NCBI GenBank assembly: GCA_046290225.1
Contig: JBKAGE010000077.1
Coordinates: forward strand, 64,001-128,000
Source of the DNA: Bradymonadia bacterium
GTDB taxonomy: Bacteria; Myxococcota_A; Bradymonadia; UBA7976; UBA1532
DNA length: 64,000 bases
Reading direction: 5' to 3'
The notes under the pieces were generated by a model. That model was not told where the DNA came from. It saw only the letters and a program-made list of their open reading frames with translations, and did not search any database. Within the stretch, counting starts at the first letter, position 1, and each line of letters opens with the position of its first letter. Made by a program: the position numbers and the translations under genes. This document shows, piece after piece, positions 30,192 to 40,520 of this stretch.

Positions 30192-31088
30192 TCAGGCTGC
30201 GTGGGCGTTCATGCGGGCGGGGCTGCCCGAGAGCGTACGCTCGAAGAACGCGTCCATGACTGCCCAGAGCCCCTGACCAGCGCCGCGACGAAAGCCGCGA
30301 AAATGCCCAATTGCTGAAGCGCCCAAATCCTCGGGTCGATACACCGAGTGCTCGGTGGGGGCACGGGGCAGCAAATGTACGAAGTCTGCAGTGGCCTCCG
30401 GCGTGATGTACGTATCATCCGTCACCGAGAGGTGCAGGTTCGGCACCTCGAGGGGTGCCATGATCGAGCGGATCAGCTCGCGCTCTTCTCGCGTGAAGTA
30501 ACCAGGGGTGCTGCAACGCCGCGCCCACTCTCGAGCCACCCCACCAGGCAAATCTTCAGAGGTGCCCATCCAACCGGGCAAATAACCGATGAGCCGCGCC
30601 GTCGTGGGCATGAGCATCTTCAATTGCCACATGCGCCGCCGGCGGAGATGGGCCGGTGCGAGGCCATAGTACCCGCTCCCCGAAGCCACAGTGATCGAGC
30701 CTGTGGGCTCGTGCAAGGCACCGGTCCTCAACATGGCGTGACCGCCGAAGCTGTGACCCACATAGAACAATGGTCGACCCGCAGCGCGCCCTCGGCCCTG
30801 GTCGCATGCCGCCCGGAAGTCCTTGAACATCCAGTCGCTCATGCTGATAGCGTCACCCTTGATCGAACCCCGGCGAGATCCGCCGATGCCCCGATAATCA
30901 TAGGTAAAGACTGTGTGTCCCTGCCCCACGAGGTGCTCGGCATATTGATCGTAATACCCCTGAGGCACCGCTGTGGCGGGATGCATGACCGTCACAGGTC
31001 CGTCATCTGCCGTGTGCTCTGCAGTGAACCAGCGCCCCGCGAGCAGGTGGCCGTCGGTGGACTCGAATTCGATGGGGGTGATCTGCAT
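30192..31088 (-). CDS. Alpha/beta hydrolase (COG4757-like)
   Basis: PATAVPQGYY, YDYRGIG, nucleophile elbow GHSFGG, C-terminal IGHF. Confidence 0.88.
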   Translation of the reverse strand: MQITPIEFESTDGHLLAGRWFTAEHTADDGPVTVMHPATAVPQGYYDQYAEHLVGQGHTVFTYDYRGIGGSRRGSIKGDAISMSDWMFKDFRAACDQGRGRAAGRPLFYVGHSFGGHAMLRTGALHEPTGSITVASGSGYYGLAPAHLRRRRMWQLKMLMPTTARLIGYLPGWMGTSEDLPGGVAREWARRCSTPGYFTREERELIRSIMAPLEVPNLHLSVTDDTYITPEATADFVHLLPRAPTEHSVYRPEDLGASAIGHFRGFRRGAGQGLWAVMDAFFERTLSGSPARMNAHAA

Positions 31089-31203
31089 GGCGACCTCCGA
31101 GAGGATACGTGAGATTGCACAGATGAAACGTGCTCAACTGTTGTAAACAAGATGATGAGCCGATACCCCAGAAGACAAACGAAAGTAGACTTGCAAAAAC
31201 GCA

Positions 31204-32079
31204 ATGCCAGATAACGTACCCGGTCTGAAGTGGGATGACGTGCCCTATGTACTCGCCGCGGTTCGCCTCGGCTCGTGCGCCGCTGCGGCCCGCACCCTCG
31301 GCGTGGCGGTGACCACGGTGACACGCCGTATCGCGGCCTTCGAAGCCGCCATCGGGCGCCCGGTGGTCCGCCTCACCCGAGATGGTGTCAGCCTCACTGA
31401 GGCAGGTGCCGGCCTCATGGATCATATGGTGCGTATCGAAGAGGCCATGGTGGGGCTCTCACGACAGCTGAAGAGCGGTGATCACCCCTCGGGACCTGTG
31501 CGCGTCACCACCCTGGAGACTGTGGCTACGGCGTTCCTGGCACCCAACGTCGGGGCCTTCGTCGAACAGCACCCGGACATCGAGCTCACTTTGAAGGGTG
31601 AAAACCGCTCCGCCGACCTTCTGCGGGGTGAGGCCGACATCTCCGTGCGTCTAGGACGCCCTCGACAGAAAGATCTCGTGGTACGCCGGCTGGGCCTGGT
31701 GCACTTCGATCTCTTCGCCTCCGCGGGCTACATCGAGCGCTGGGGCCGCCCTGATCCGGAGCACCTCGACGGGCACCGCCTGGTGACATTCACCCGGGAC
31801 TTCAACCACATCTTCATCGTGCAGTGGCTCTCGGAGCGCTCCCAAGGGGCCCAGGTGGTGTGCCGGTCGGTCCACACCACCACACTCCTCGAGATGATCC
31901 GAAGCGGCGCCGGGATCGGGCTGCTGCCCACGCGTATGGGCGAGGGGCTGGTGCCTCTGAACGCCCAGAATCTGCCTGGCGCTCCGCTGTGGCTGGCGTT
32001 TCATCAAGATGATCGCAACCGGCCGGCGATCAGGGCTGTAGCCAACTGGATCATCGACACGCTCACCGAGGTGGGCTGA
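31204..32079 (+). CDS. LysR-family transcriptional regulator, divergent from the hydrolase
   Basis: HTH GSCAAAARTLGVAVTTVTRRI, LTEAG, effector domain EADISVR, GAGIGLLP. Confidence 0.92.
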   Translation: MPDNVPGLKWDDVPYVLAAVRLGSCAAAARTLGVAVTTVTRRIAAFEAAIGRPVVRLTRDGVSLTEAGAGLMDHMVRIEEAMVGLSRQLKSGDHPSGPVRVTTLETVATAFLAPNVGAFVEQHPDIELTLKGENRSADLLRGEADISVRLGRPRQKDLVVRRLGLVHFDLFASAGYIERWGRPDPEHLDGHRLVTFTRDFNHIFIVQWLSERSQGAQVVCRSVHTTTLLEMIRSGAGIGLLPTRMGEGLVPLNAQNLPGAPLWLAFHQDDRNRPAIRAVANWIIDTLTEVG

Positions 32080-32212
32080 CACAGCGCTCATGTCACCGCA
32101 GAGAGATGACGATGATTCTGGTGAGGTGATGGATCTCTGACTGAGGAGGCAACCATGGCACCCGATCTTCGTATGCTCCGCGATTACACGCTCATGTTGA
32201 CTGGTGTGCTGG

Positions 32213-32731
32213 TCAGCCTGGTGATTTGATCACATACCCGGGATGCATCCGCCCCGTAGGGGGATAGAGCGCATGCTCGGTGTATCGAAAGCCCAGACCG
32301 ACGAGCATCTTCTTCGAGCTCTGATTGTCTGGGTGATGCCCGGCGAACACCGCTGAGGCACCATAGACCTCGAAGGCATGTTCGAGCACGCTCTGCGCAG
32401 CCTCTCGTGCAAAGCCGAGGCCCCAGTGTGCTGGCCTCAAGTGCACCCCGAACTCCACCACGTTCTTCTCAAGATCATGAGGCCGCAGCCCGGCACAGCC
32501 GACGTGTGCCCCACTCTCCCGATGAAACATCGGCCAATACTGGATCCCGTGCTCGACCTGGCTCTCGATGTGCCCTTGAAGCATGGCGCTCACCTCGCCC
32601 ACATCGAAGTGCCCTCGAGCGCTGATGAGCGCGGCCACACGCGGATCACCCCACAGCCCCTGGGCAAGGTCCAGATCATCTACACGCCAGAGCCGAAAGG
32701 CCAGTCGAGGGGTCGGTGATGGATGCTTCAC
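32213..32731 (-). CDS. GNAT acetyltransferase, RimJ/RimL-like
   Basis: TPRL, EFGVHL...WGLGFAREAA, N..S..ML..LGF. GTG start overlaps the HTTM gene stop. Confidence 0.85.
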   Translation of the reverse strand: MKHPSPTPRLAFRLWRVDDLDLAQGLWGDPRVAALISARGHFDVGEVSAMLQGHIESQVEHGIQYWPMFHRESGAHVGCAGLRPHDLEKNVVEFGVHLRPAHWGLGFAREAAQSVLEHAFEVYGASAVFAGHHPDNQSSKKMLVGLGFRYTEHALYPPTGRMHPGYVIKSPG

Positions 32732-34341
32732 TTGCTCCGCAACGGGCCGGCCTTTGCCTTCCAGCTGTAGATCTTTCGTTTGCGCTCGAAGATCGGCGCG
32801 TCGCCTGTGCCCGGAGCCGGGCTGACGTCCGAGATCCACCAGGCGGTGAAGGCCACCACGTCTTTACCGGGCGGGATCAAACCACGCTGATGCTCGCCGT
32901 TGGCGAACCACACAGCCCACTTGGCGAACAAGTGCTTCTGGAACTGCAGGCGGAACATCAGGTTCTCTTCGTAATGGGTCCAGTGCCGGAGCCGGGCATC
33001 GGCCATCTGGTCGAGGTTGGGCACCTCACCTGTTCGGGGGTCGATGTGGGTGCCGTCGTCGAGCTCGGCGTCGACGATCATCCACCCATCTTTCACCGGC
33101 GCGTCAGGGGCGAAGAGCTGCCAGCCCTGCTGGAAGTCACCGTAGTGAGAGAAGGTGTTCGCCCACGTGGGCATCTTGTGATCGGGGAACGTCTTCCTCA
33201 GCGCCCGGTTTTGGTCCATGGCCCGATGGAAGCACGACAAGAAGGCCACGACCACGAAGACCTGGGCCGCCCAGAACCGCACCGGATGGTGCTTGGGGCT
33301 GTCGGGTACCTCAATGTCGCGTACATGGGTGTGGGCCTCGAGCCAGAGCCCTACGGATCGCATGGCCCCTTCAATGGCCAGCCAGGCACCCCCGAGCTTG
33401 CCGGCGAGCCAGCGGCCGAAACGGCCGAGCAGATCGCAGTCCTGCGAGGTGAGCAGCAACATGTACGACACCGACATCATGTACGAGAACAGGCTCAGAT
33501 CGGTCACCGCGGCGATGCTCAGGTGCAGCCCGATGAGGCTCACCACAAGCACTCGACGACACCAGACCACGGCGAAGGGGGACCAGATCAGAATCGGCGC
33601 CAGGCCCTCGACGATGAGCGTGCCCCAGCTCATGGCCCACAGCACGCTCATGGGGGCCCAGCCCCGGAACCAGAAGCCGAAGTCGGTGAGGATTCGATCC
33701 TGGTGCAGCAGCCAGTAGACCGCTTCGCCCTTCATCCAGGTGTCGCCGGTCTTGTGGATGGTGTTGAAGAAGTAGATGACCGCCAACTGCATCATGAAGC
33801 CGGTGATGGCGAGGCTGCGGATGGGGGCCCGCAGCGTCTCAAGGGGCACGCCCTTTCGGGCAGCGAGCCACGCATCGACTGACCAGCTGCGCCCCAGGGG
33901 CAGGGCGATCGTCCACAGCCACCAGAGGTTGTGCACGATGTCGGCGCCGATGTGCACCACCCAGTTCCGGTTGTGGATGCTGATCATGCAGATCATGCCC
34001 AGCACCTGAAACAGGCGGGTGCGCCAGCCGGCGACAAAGGCCATCAAGATGCCCGCGGTGGCGAGGAAGAAGACCTTCACCTCCCAGACCTCGTCGAGCA
34101 TGTAGAGCAGGCTCAGGCGCTGGGGGCCCTCCCCGGTCATGTAGAGGGCGTAGTGGTTCGGCAGCACACCTTCGTTGGTGTAGAGCATGGCGATATGGGG
34201 CCATCGCTGCCAGAGGTCGATGAGACACAGCAGCCCGAAGGCCACCCGGAACACCGCCAGAGATCGCGGATCCACCGTGATCCAGGCCCGCCAGTTGAAG
34301 ATGCTCTTCTTCACCACCCCGTTCTCCACGCTCGCGTTCAT
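32728..34341 (-). CDS. HTTM-domain membrane protein (vitamin K-dependent carboxylase-like family)
   Basis: DPRSLAVFRVAFG, LYTNEGVLP, HNRN, WSVD, YFFNTIHK...W..G, QGWQLFAP; multiple TM helices. Confidence 0.85.
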   Translation of the reverse strand: MNASVENGVVKKSIFNWRAWITVDPRSLAVFRVAFGLLCLIDLWQRWPHIAMLYTNEGVLPNHYALYMTGEGPQRLSLLYMLDEVWEVKVFFLATAGILMAFVAGWRTRLFQVLGMICMISIHNRNWVVHIGADIVHNLWWLWTIALPLGRSWSVDAWLAARKGVPLETLRAPIRSLAITGFMMQLAVIYFFNTIHKTGDTWMKGEAVYWLLHQDRILTDFGFWFRGWAPMSVLWAMSWGTLIVEGLAPILIWSPFAVVWCRRVLVVSLIGLHLSIAAVTDLSLFSYMMSVSYMLLLTSQDCDLLGRFGRWLAGKLGGAWLAIEGAMRSVGLWLEAHTHVRDIEVPDSPKHHPVRFWAAQVFVVVAFLSCFHRAMDQNRALRKTFPDHKMPTWANTFSHYGDFQQGWQLFAPDAPVKDGWMIVDAELDDGTHIDPRTGEVPNLDQMADARLRHWTHYEENLMFRLQFQKHLFAKWAVWFANGEHQRGLIPPGKDVVAFTAWWISDVSPAPGTGDAPIFERKRKIYSWKAKAGPLRSK

Positions 34342-37001
34342 TCCGTCTTCCGCCAGGGGTCCAGCAGGGCCTCAATGCCCGGGATGTCCTGTGGGGGCGC
34401 GAAGTGCACCCCCTGTCCGTGATCACACCCGATGTGTCGCGCGGTCTCGGCCTGATCTCGGGTCTCGATGCGCTCGGCGATCACCCGCCTGCCCAGCCGC
34501 CGGGCCGAGGCCATCAGGGCGGCGATGGCCTCTCGACCTTCTGTCTCGCGGCCCATGCTCATCAAGCGGCCTCCATCAACCTTGATCGACTCGATGGGCA
34601 GCTCGTCGAGGGCCTTCGAACTCAAGGCGCCGAGATCGTAGTCGTCGACGTTGAGCTGCACCCCGAGGCTCGACAACGGCAACAACGCCTCGGCGATGGC
34701 CTCGGCCTCTGGAGTGAGGGCCTGCTCACAGATCTCCAGACGCAGGAGCGAAGGTTTCATACGAGCGTCGGTCAAAATCGTGATGACGCGGTTGGGGAAC
34801 CGTGGATCGAGCACGCTCCGCGTGGACACGTTCACCAGCAGCTTGGGTGGGGTCATGGAATTGTTGGCCCACCGGGCGAAGGTGCGGCACGCCCGACGCA
34901 GGATCAGCTGGTCGATCTCCACGATGAGACCGGTCTCTTCTGCGGCGTCGAGGAAAGACTCGGGCTCGAGCAGACCCTGATGAGGCGAGGCCCACCGCAT
35001 GAGGGCTTCGACGGCGACGATGCGCCGGGAGTGCAGCGAGAGCACCGGCTGATACATGACCTCGAAGGCGTCAACCCGCACCGCGCGGTTCAACTCGGCC
35101 TCGAGCTGCATCAGCGCGTGGGCCTCTGCCCCGAGGGCCATACCCGCGAAGGCGTAGGTCGGATCGGTGACCTCCATGGCTCGATCCATCGCTCGGCCCG
35201 CCTCTTCGAGGTAATCTTCCGGGCGCTGGTAGCCGCTGGTGCTCAACGACACCCCGATGACCGGATGCAGCATGTAGCTGCGGCCTCCGAACTCGAAGGC
35301 ATCGGCGAAGGCCTCCCTGATCTGGGCCCCGATGCGGGCGGCGTCGGCCATGCTCTGCATCTTGGCGATGAGCAGGCCGAACTGGTGGTCGCCGATGCGG
35401 GCCACCTGGTCGTCCGGCTTGAGCAGCCCCTCGATGCGCTGAGCGATGGCGAAGGCCAGCCGCCCCTGCAGGCCCCCGGCGGGATCCCCGTCGATCTCGA
35501 AGCCCACCACGATGAGGCCGAAGATGCTGCGGATCTCGTGGGCGTCGGCCTGGCCCCTCTGGTTGCCCTTTTGCGCCGCCTGCCTCTTCTGGGCGATGGC
35601 TTGGGCCAGGGCCTTGATGAGGGCGGTGCGGTTGAGCATGCCTGTGGTGCGATCTTCGAAGATCTCGTGCACGAGCTCGTCGCGCACGGTGCGCATCTCG
35701 GTGACGTCGGTGAGCGATCCTGCGAGGCGGGTGGCTTTGCCGTCGGGGCCTCGGGTGGCCTGACCTCGGCACAGATACCACCGATAACCACCACCCTTCT
35801 GGGCGAGGCGGTGCTCGGTCTCGAACTGCGGGGTGCGGTTGTTGACGTAGGCTCTCAGAGCGCTGTGGAACGGCTTGCGATCGTCGGGGTGAATGCGCTG
35901 GAACCACGCATCGACGAGATCGGGCACCTCGTCGGACCGATGACCCAACAAGCTCTTCCACCGCGCCGAGAAGAACGCGGACTCGCTGTCCACCACCCAG
36001 TCCCACAGGCCGTCGTTCGCCCCCACGGCAGCGAGGGCGAAGCGCTCCTGGCTCTCCTGAAGCGCCGCCTCGACCTGCTGCTGCTTGTGGCTCTGAATGA
36101 TCAGCGACATGAGATCGGTGATCGAGCTGAGGAAGCTCTGCTCGTCGAGGGTCCAGCGCCGCTGCCCCTTCGTGTGCTCGCAGGCGAGCATGCCCAGCAG
36201 CTGATCACCGAGGCGCAGCGGGGCGAAGAGGGCCGACTTCACCCCTCGGGGCTTGAGGTAGCGAATGTAGAAGCGGTGGGTGTCGGCCCGGGCGGCGGGC
36301 TCATCAGCGACGATGATGCGCGCGGCGCCGAGGGTCTTGAACAGCGCCGGGAAGCCATCAGCCCGCAGGACCGGGAGCTCCTGAGTGGGCCCCTGCACCT
36401 CGGCATAAGCCTGCACTCGAGTGAGCACCTCGCCCTCGTCGTCGAAGAGCCACACCTCGCACCGGGTGGCGCTGAGGGTCTGAGCCGCCACCTGGGTGGC
36501 CTCGGCGAGGGCCACCTGCAGGTCTCCGGTGCCCGGCAACGTCGCCAAAGCCAGCAGGGCTTTCTGCTGGACCTTGAGGCGCGCCTCGCGATCGAGCAAC
36601 AACGCCATCATCCGGGCCCGCTCGATGGCGTAGCGCACCGTCTGGGCGAGGTGGGCGGGGGTGATCTCTTCTTTGTTGAGGAACTCCACGGCGGCCCCAG
36701 AGGGCAGCGCCAGATCTGCCGGAGGCCCGGGGGCGAGATCCATCAAGACGATGAAGGGCACCCGACAGCCCCGAGATACAGCCCGTTGCACCAGCTCGAG
36801 GCCATCGATCTCGCCGAGGGTGCCTTCCACGAGGCAGACGTCGACCTGCGCGCCGAGGAGCACAGGCAGCGCCTCACCGGGCGTGCAGGCGCGCTCGAGG
36901 GTGTAGTGCACACCAGGGACGTCCCGGAGGCGGGCGCGGGTGATGACGAAGTCGTCTTCATCTTCACCGACGAAGAGCAGCCGAACGTCAGGGGCACTCA
37001 C
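34338..37001 (-). CDS. REC-GAF-PAS-(degenerate GGDEF)-EAL signalling protein
   Basis: Receiver-like N-terminus, GAF (LACEH...RRW), PAS (DGLWDW...IHPDD), ARIGDHQF in place of GGDEF, YQP...EALMRW. Confidence 0.88.
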   Translation of the reverse strand: MSAPDVRLLFVGEDEDDFVITRARLRDVPGVHYTLERACTPGEALPVLLGAQVDVCLVEGTLGEIDGLELVQRAVSRGCRVPFIVLMDLAPGPPADLALPSGAAVEFLNKEEITPAHLAQTVRYAIERARMMALLLDREARLKVQQKALLALATLPGTGDLQVALAEATQVAAQTLSATRCEVWLFDDEGEVLTRVQAYAEVQGPTQELPVLRADGFPALFKTLGAARIIVADEPAARADTHRFYIRYLKPRGVKSALFAPLRLGDQLLGMLACEHTKGQRRWTLDEQSFLSSITDLMSLIIQSHKQQQVEAALQESQERFALAAVGANDGLWDWVVDSESAFFSARWKSLLGHRSDEVPDLVDAWFQRIHPDDRKPFHSALRAYVNNRTPQFETEHRLAQKGGGYRWYLCRGQATRGPDGKATRLAGSLTDVTEMRTVRDELVHEIFEDRTTGMLNRTALIKALAQAIAQKRQAAQKGNQRGQADAHEIRSIFGLIVVGFEIDGDPAGGLQGRLAFAIAQRIEGLLKPDDQVARIGDHQFGLLIAKMQSMADAARIGAQIREAFADAFEFGGRSYMLHPVIGVSLSTSGYQRPEDYLEEAGRAMDRAMEVTDPTYAFAGMALGAEAHALMQLEAELNRAVRVDAFEVMYQPVLSLHSRRIVAVEALMRWASPHQGLLEPESFLDAAEETGLIVEIDQLILRRACRTFARWANNSMTPPKLLVNVSTRSVLDPRFPNRVITILTDARMKPSLLRLEICEQALTPEAEAIAEALLPLSSLGVQLNVDDYDLGALSSKALDELPIESIKVDGGRLMSMGRETEGREAIAALMASARRLGRRVIAERIETRDQAETARHIGCDHGQGVHFAPPQDIPGIEALLDPWRKTE

Positions 37002-37909
37002 GGGTTCTCGGCGGTGTCAGCCTCTGGCGGGGTGTCTTCGCGCTCGGGTCGGCTGAGATCGAGGGGCGGGTGATCAGGGGCGTACTCTGCCCGATCGGCC
37101 TCGGCGAGGGTGCGGATGCCCAACATCATCTCATCGAGGATCGCGTCGAAGACCGGGCTCTTGGTGAGGTGATCGTCGACGTGCTGATCGTAGAGATCAT
37201 CGAGGTCGAGGGGCTCGCCGAAGCGGATCCGCACCGGGCCCGCGTTGGGCTTGAAGCGCTTCTTCACCTGCTCGGTGAAGCTGGAGTCGACGTTGGCGAT
37301 GAAGACCGGCACCACCGCTGCTCGGGCGCGGTGAGCGATCTCGCCGGCGCCGGGCTTCGGGGGCAGCAGGTCGTAGGGATCTTCGCTCTCGTTGCGGCGG
37401 CCCTCGGGGTGGAACCCGATGATCGCCGGCTGATCACCGTTCAGGATCTCCACACAGCGACCCACGGCATAGCGGTTGAGCGCCTTGCGGCTCTCCGCGT
37501 CCAGGCCCTTGGAGTCTTTACGGTAGATGGGCGGGTACATCGAGTACCCCGACATGGTGGCGTTGACGACGCCGCCAAGGGGCTTCTCGTAAAAGAACTT
37601 CGACCGCACCGGGAAGTAGATCTTCGGTGCCGGACTCCAGGTCTTCATCATCCGCGAGGCGACGAGATAGTAATCGAAGAAAGTTCGGTGGTTGCACACC
37701 ATGAGCACCGCACGATCCCGAGGGAGGTTGTGCTCTCCGATGAACTCTCGCTCGGCAGCGGCGGTGATCCAATAGTCGGTGAAGAACCGATGGAAGTAGC
37801 CGTTCAGGCGCTTGGAGATCGGGTACTCGTTCGCCAACGCCCCGAGCACATAGAGCGCCCGAGCTTGGGGATCGAGGGACTTCAGGAGCGTCTTGGAAGG
37901 TAGCTGCAT
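36998..37909 (-). CDS. Lysophospholipid acyltransferase (PlsC family)
   Basis: NHRTFFD (HxxxxD), HPEGRR, VVPVFI, RFGEPL. Start chosen at MQLPSK. Confidence 0.88.
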   Translation of the reverse strand: MQLPSKTLLKSLDPQARALYVLGALANEYPISKRLNGYFHRFFTDYWITAAAEREFIGEHNLPRDRAVLMVCNHRTFFDYYLVASRMMKTWSPAPKIYFPVRSKFFYEKPLGGVVNATMSGYSMYPPIYRKDSKGLDAESRKALNRYAVGRCVEILNGDQPAIIGFHPEGRRNESEDPYDLLPPKPGAGEIAHRARAAVVPVFIANVDSSFTEQVKKRFKPNAGPVRIRFGEPLDLDDLYDQHVDDHLTKSPVFDAILDEMMLGIRTLAEADRAEYAPDHPPLDLSRPEREDTPPEADTAENP

Positions 37910-37928
37910 GGCTGGCTGATTATCCGAA

Positions 37929-38546
37929 TCACACGCGCTGGGCAAGGCCCTGTAAGGCCTGCATCAGCTGTGGATCACACGCACCATCATCTTCAAATGC
38001 TGTGAATTCAATGCCCTGGCCGATCATGGCGGCGTCGAGCAGATTGGCGAGACCCACGAGCCGCCCAGGCAACGGGATGTCGTCGCCCGAGAGCCCATAG
38101 GGCTGCCCCAGGCCGTCGAATCGCTCCCGATGATGCAAGATGGCCTCGTGGGCCAGCGCGGGCAGCGGATCGTGAGTGGTGGCCAAATCGGCGGAGACTC
38201 TCGGTGTGGGCGTGTGATCGGGCATCAGGCTCAACCCGAAGTCGTGTAACAAGCCCCCGAGGGCCACCGCCTGCAGGTACCCCTCGGAGAGCCCGAGGGT
38301 GCGCCCGAGGGAGACGGCGATGACGGCCACTCTCAGGCTGTGATGTGTCGCTCCGTCATTGCTGTGACGGGTGAGCCAGGGGCCCAAGGCGCTCGGCGTC
38401 TGATCGACGATTTCACCGGCGAGGGCCCGCAACGCCATCAAGGCGCTGGCATCTGTCGGGTGGTCGAATGCAGTCTGGAGCCGCTGGAGCGCGCTCCGGA
38501 CATCGAATGACACTGTGGGGGGTGTGCTCAAGGGGCCTCTCACCAT
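37929..38546 (-). CDS. HD-GYP-like domain protein, short and probably degenerate
   Basis: HSLRVA, LLHDFG, HHRERFDGLGQPYGL (GQP for GYP), ANLLDA. Confidence 0.75.
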   Translation of the reverse strand: MVRGPLSTPPTVSFDVRSALQRLQTAFDHPTDASALMALRALAGEIVDQTPSALGPWLTRHSNDGATHHSLRVAVIAVSLGRTLGLSEGYLQAVALGGLLHDFGLSLMPDHTPTPRVSADLATTHDPLPALAHEAILHHRERFDGLGQPYGLSGDDIPLPGRLVGLANLLDAAMIGQGIEFTAFEDDGACDPQLMQALQGLAQRV

Positions 38547-38598
38547 CGTCGAAGAGCAAATGTAGCATGGGCCACGACAGGCAAACACGAGGGCATCG

Positions 38599-39777
38599 AT
38601 GACCACGTCGGCATCCAACGAGGGGCCAGTGAGTCGCTGGGCGATCCCTACGCTCCTCTGCGCCAGCAGCCTGCCGATCCTCGCCGGGGCGCTGGTGGCC
38701 CCTGCCCTGCCGGGCATTCAGTCGGCCTTTGCCGATGTCGAGGGTGTGGGGCTCTGGTCCCGACTGATGCTCACCGTGCCCGCCCTCGCCGTGGCCCTCA
38801 TCGCCCTGAGCGCCGGCTGGCTCGTCGACGCCATCGGTCGCCGTCGCACGCTGGTCTACGGCCTAGTCATCTACGGCGTCGCCGGCACCAGCGGCCTGTG
38901 GCTGGGCAGCCTGCACGCTCTGCTCGTGGGGCGCCTCGCCCTGGGCATCGGGGTGGCCTTCATTATGACCTCGGCCACCACCTTGCTCGCCGATCTGGTG
39001 CCCGGCGCCGCTCGACAACGCATCATGGGCATCCAGGCGGCCTTCATCGGCATGGGTGGGCTGGTGTTCCTGCTCATCGGCGGCGCCCTGGCCGAGATCA
39101 GCTGGCGATGGCCCTTCGCGGTCTATGGCGCCTCGTGGCTGGTGGTGCTCCCAGCGCTCAAATCGCTGCCCACTGGGGCGAAGAGCGGCGGGCAAGGGCG
39201 TACGCCATGGGGCATCACCCCAGCGCTGCTGGCCCGCTGCGCTGCGGCGACGCTGTCGATGGTGCTTTTCTACACAGTGCCCGTGCAGTTGCCCTTCTTG
39301 CTCCTTGATCGCTTCGACACCGGCGGCTTCGCCTCTGGCGCAGCCATCGGCGTGATCACCCTGACGAGTTCTTCTGCCTCACTGCTCTACCCGAAGGTGC
39401 GGGCGAAGATGGATCCGGCGCCGATGCTGGCTCTGACGTTTCTGCTCATGGGCCCGGGCTTGATGCTCATCGGGGCCGACCTGGGCTGGACGGGGGTCAT
39501 CGTGGGCCTGTTGGTCATGGGGGCGGGCATGGGCCTCTTGATGCCCAACCTCACCACCTGGACGGCGGAGCAGGCGAGCCTGGCCCAGCGAGGCCGCCAC
39601 ATGGGGGCTCTCACCATGGCCTTGTTCACGGGTCAGTTCACGAGCCCGCTGGTGACGCGGCCACTGCAAGACTCTGGGGCGGGGACGATCTTCGTGGTGG
39701 GGGGCGCCACAGCGTTGGTGGCGTCTCTGGTGATCGCGTTGGTGGGCAAGCGCGCGGGCAGAGCAGCCCTTACTTGA
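38599..39777 (+). CDS. MFS transporter
   Basis: About 12 hydrophobic segments; motif A GWLVDAIGRRR, GRLALGIG, WRWPF. Confidence 0.9.
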   Translation: MTTSASNEGPVSRWAIPTLLCASSLPILAGALVAPALPGIQSAFADVEGVGLWSRLMLTVPALAVALIALSAGWLVDAIGRRRTLVYGLVIYGVAGTSGLWLGSLHALLVGRLALGIGVAFIMTSATTLLADLVPGAARQRIMGIQAAFIGMGGLVFLLIGGALAEISWRWPFAVYGASWLVVLPALKSLPTGAKSGGQGRTPWGITPALLARCAAATLSMVLFYTVPVQLPFLLLDRFDTGGFASGAAIGVITLTSSSASLLYPKVRAKMDPAPMLALTFLLMGPGLMLIGADLGWTGVIVGLLVMGAGMGLLMPNLTTWTAEQASLAQRGRHMGALTMALFTGQFTSPLVTRPLQDSGAGTIFVVGGATALVASLVIALVGKRAGRAALT

Positions 39778-40309
39778 TGCCGGGGGCCTTCATGGGGGCC
39801 TTCTTCGGCGCCATGGGCTTCTTGCCCGGGGCCTTGCTGGGGGTGGCGGGCTTCTTGGTGGCGGGCGTGACACCAGACTTGCCCATGGGGGCCTTCAACC
39901 CGCCCATGGGGGCCTTGCCGGGGCCTGCCGTCCTGCCGGCCACCTTGTGCAGCTTCACGCCACCATCCTTGAGGGCCTGCACAGTGGCGGGGCCGATGCC
40001 CTTGACCTTGGCGACGTCCTCCCAGGTCTTGAAGGGACCCTTGGCCTTCATGTGGCTCACGAGGGCCTTGGCCTTGGCGGGGCCAATGCCCTTGATGGTA
40101 ACCAGCTGAGCCTCAGTGGCGCCGTTCAGGATGATGGGGGCGCCGGTGACCTTCTCGCCGGCGGGGGTTTTCTTGGCGCCGGGCTTCTTGGTCACCTTCT
40201 GGGGGGCCATGGGCTTGCCGGCGTTCTGACCAAGGACCTTCTTCTGGGCCAGTGCGGGGCTGGCGGCGAGGGCCAGCAAAGCGACGAGGGTCAACAGACG
40301 GGCGAACAT
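39770..40309 (-). CDS. ComEA-like helix-hairpin-helix DNA-binding protein with Lys/Pro-rich tails
   Basis: AGGAGGAG SD; signal peptide; LNGATEAQLVTIKGIGPAKA...GPFKTWEDVAKVKGIGPAT. Confidence 0.85.
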   Translation of the reverse strand: MFARLLTLVALLALAASPALAQKKVLGQNAGKPMAPQKVTKKPGAKKTPAGEKVTGAPIILNGATEAQLVTIKGIGPAKAKALVSHMKAKGPFKTWEDVAKVKGIGPATVQALKDGGVKLHKVAGRTAGPGKAPMGGLKAPMGKSGVTPATKKPATPSKAPGKKPMAPKKAPMKAPGIK

Positions 40310-40492
40310 ACGCTCCTCCTCATGATGTTCGTTCGATGCTCCGCCCCTCATACGCCGATCGTGACGCGCTGGAAAGCTCTCTGAAGGGGGCACCGAGGCC
40401 CTCGACGTATCTCTGGGCCATTCATGCACATACGTGTGCACAAACTGCCCATGCTCGTCGACAGCTCTACGTAAACGCGGGCCCTCGCCACC

Positions 40493-40508
40493 TGGCACAC
40501 ATGCTGCT
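40493..40508 (+). promoter_or_regulatory. Possible sigma-54 promoter for the DUF3419 operon
   Basis: TGGCACACATGCTGCT (GG-N10-GC). It lies so close to ATG 40521 that the transcript would be nearly leaderless. Confidence 0.35.
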
Positions 40509-40520
40509 CAACCCGAGGGC

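Noticed and set aside
30192..32079. Hydrolase/LysR pair as part of the MNIO cluster
   Set aside because: Separated by about 340 nt containing its own promoter-like motif. This divergent pair is a common stand-alone module, though a link is not excluded.
40425..40440. TGCACA-TACG-TGTGCA palindrome between divergent genes
   Set aside because: Only a 6-bp stem and no second copy noticed, which is insufficient to call a binding site.
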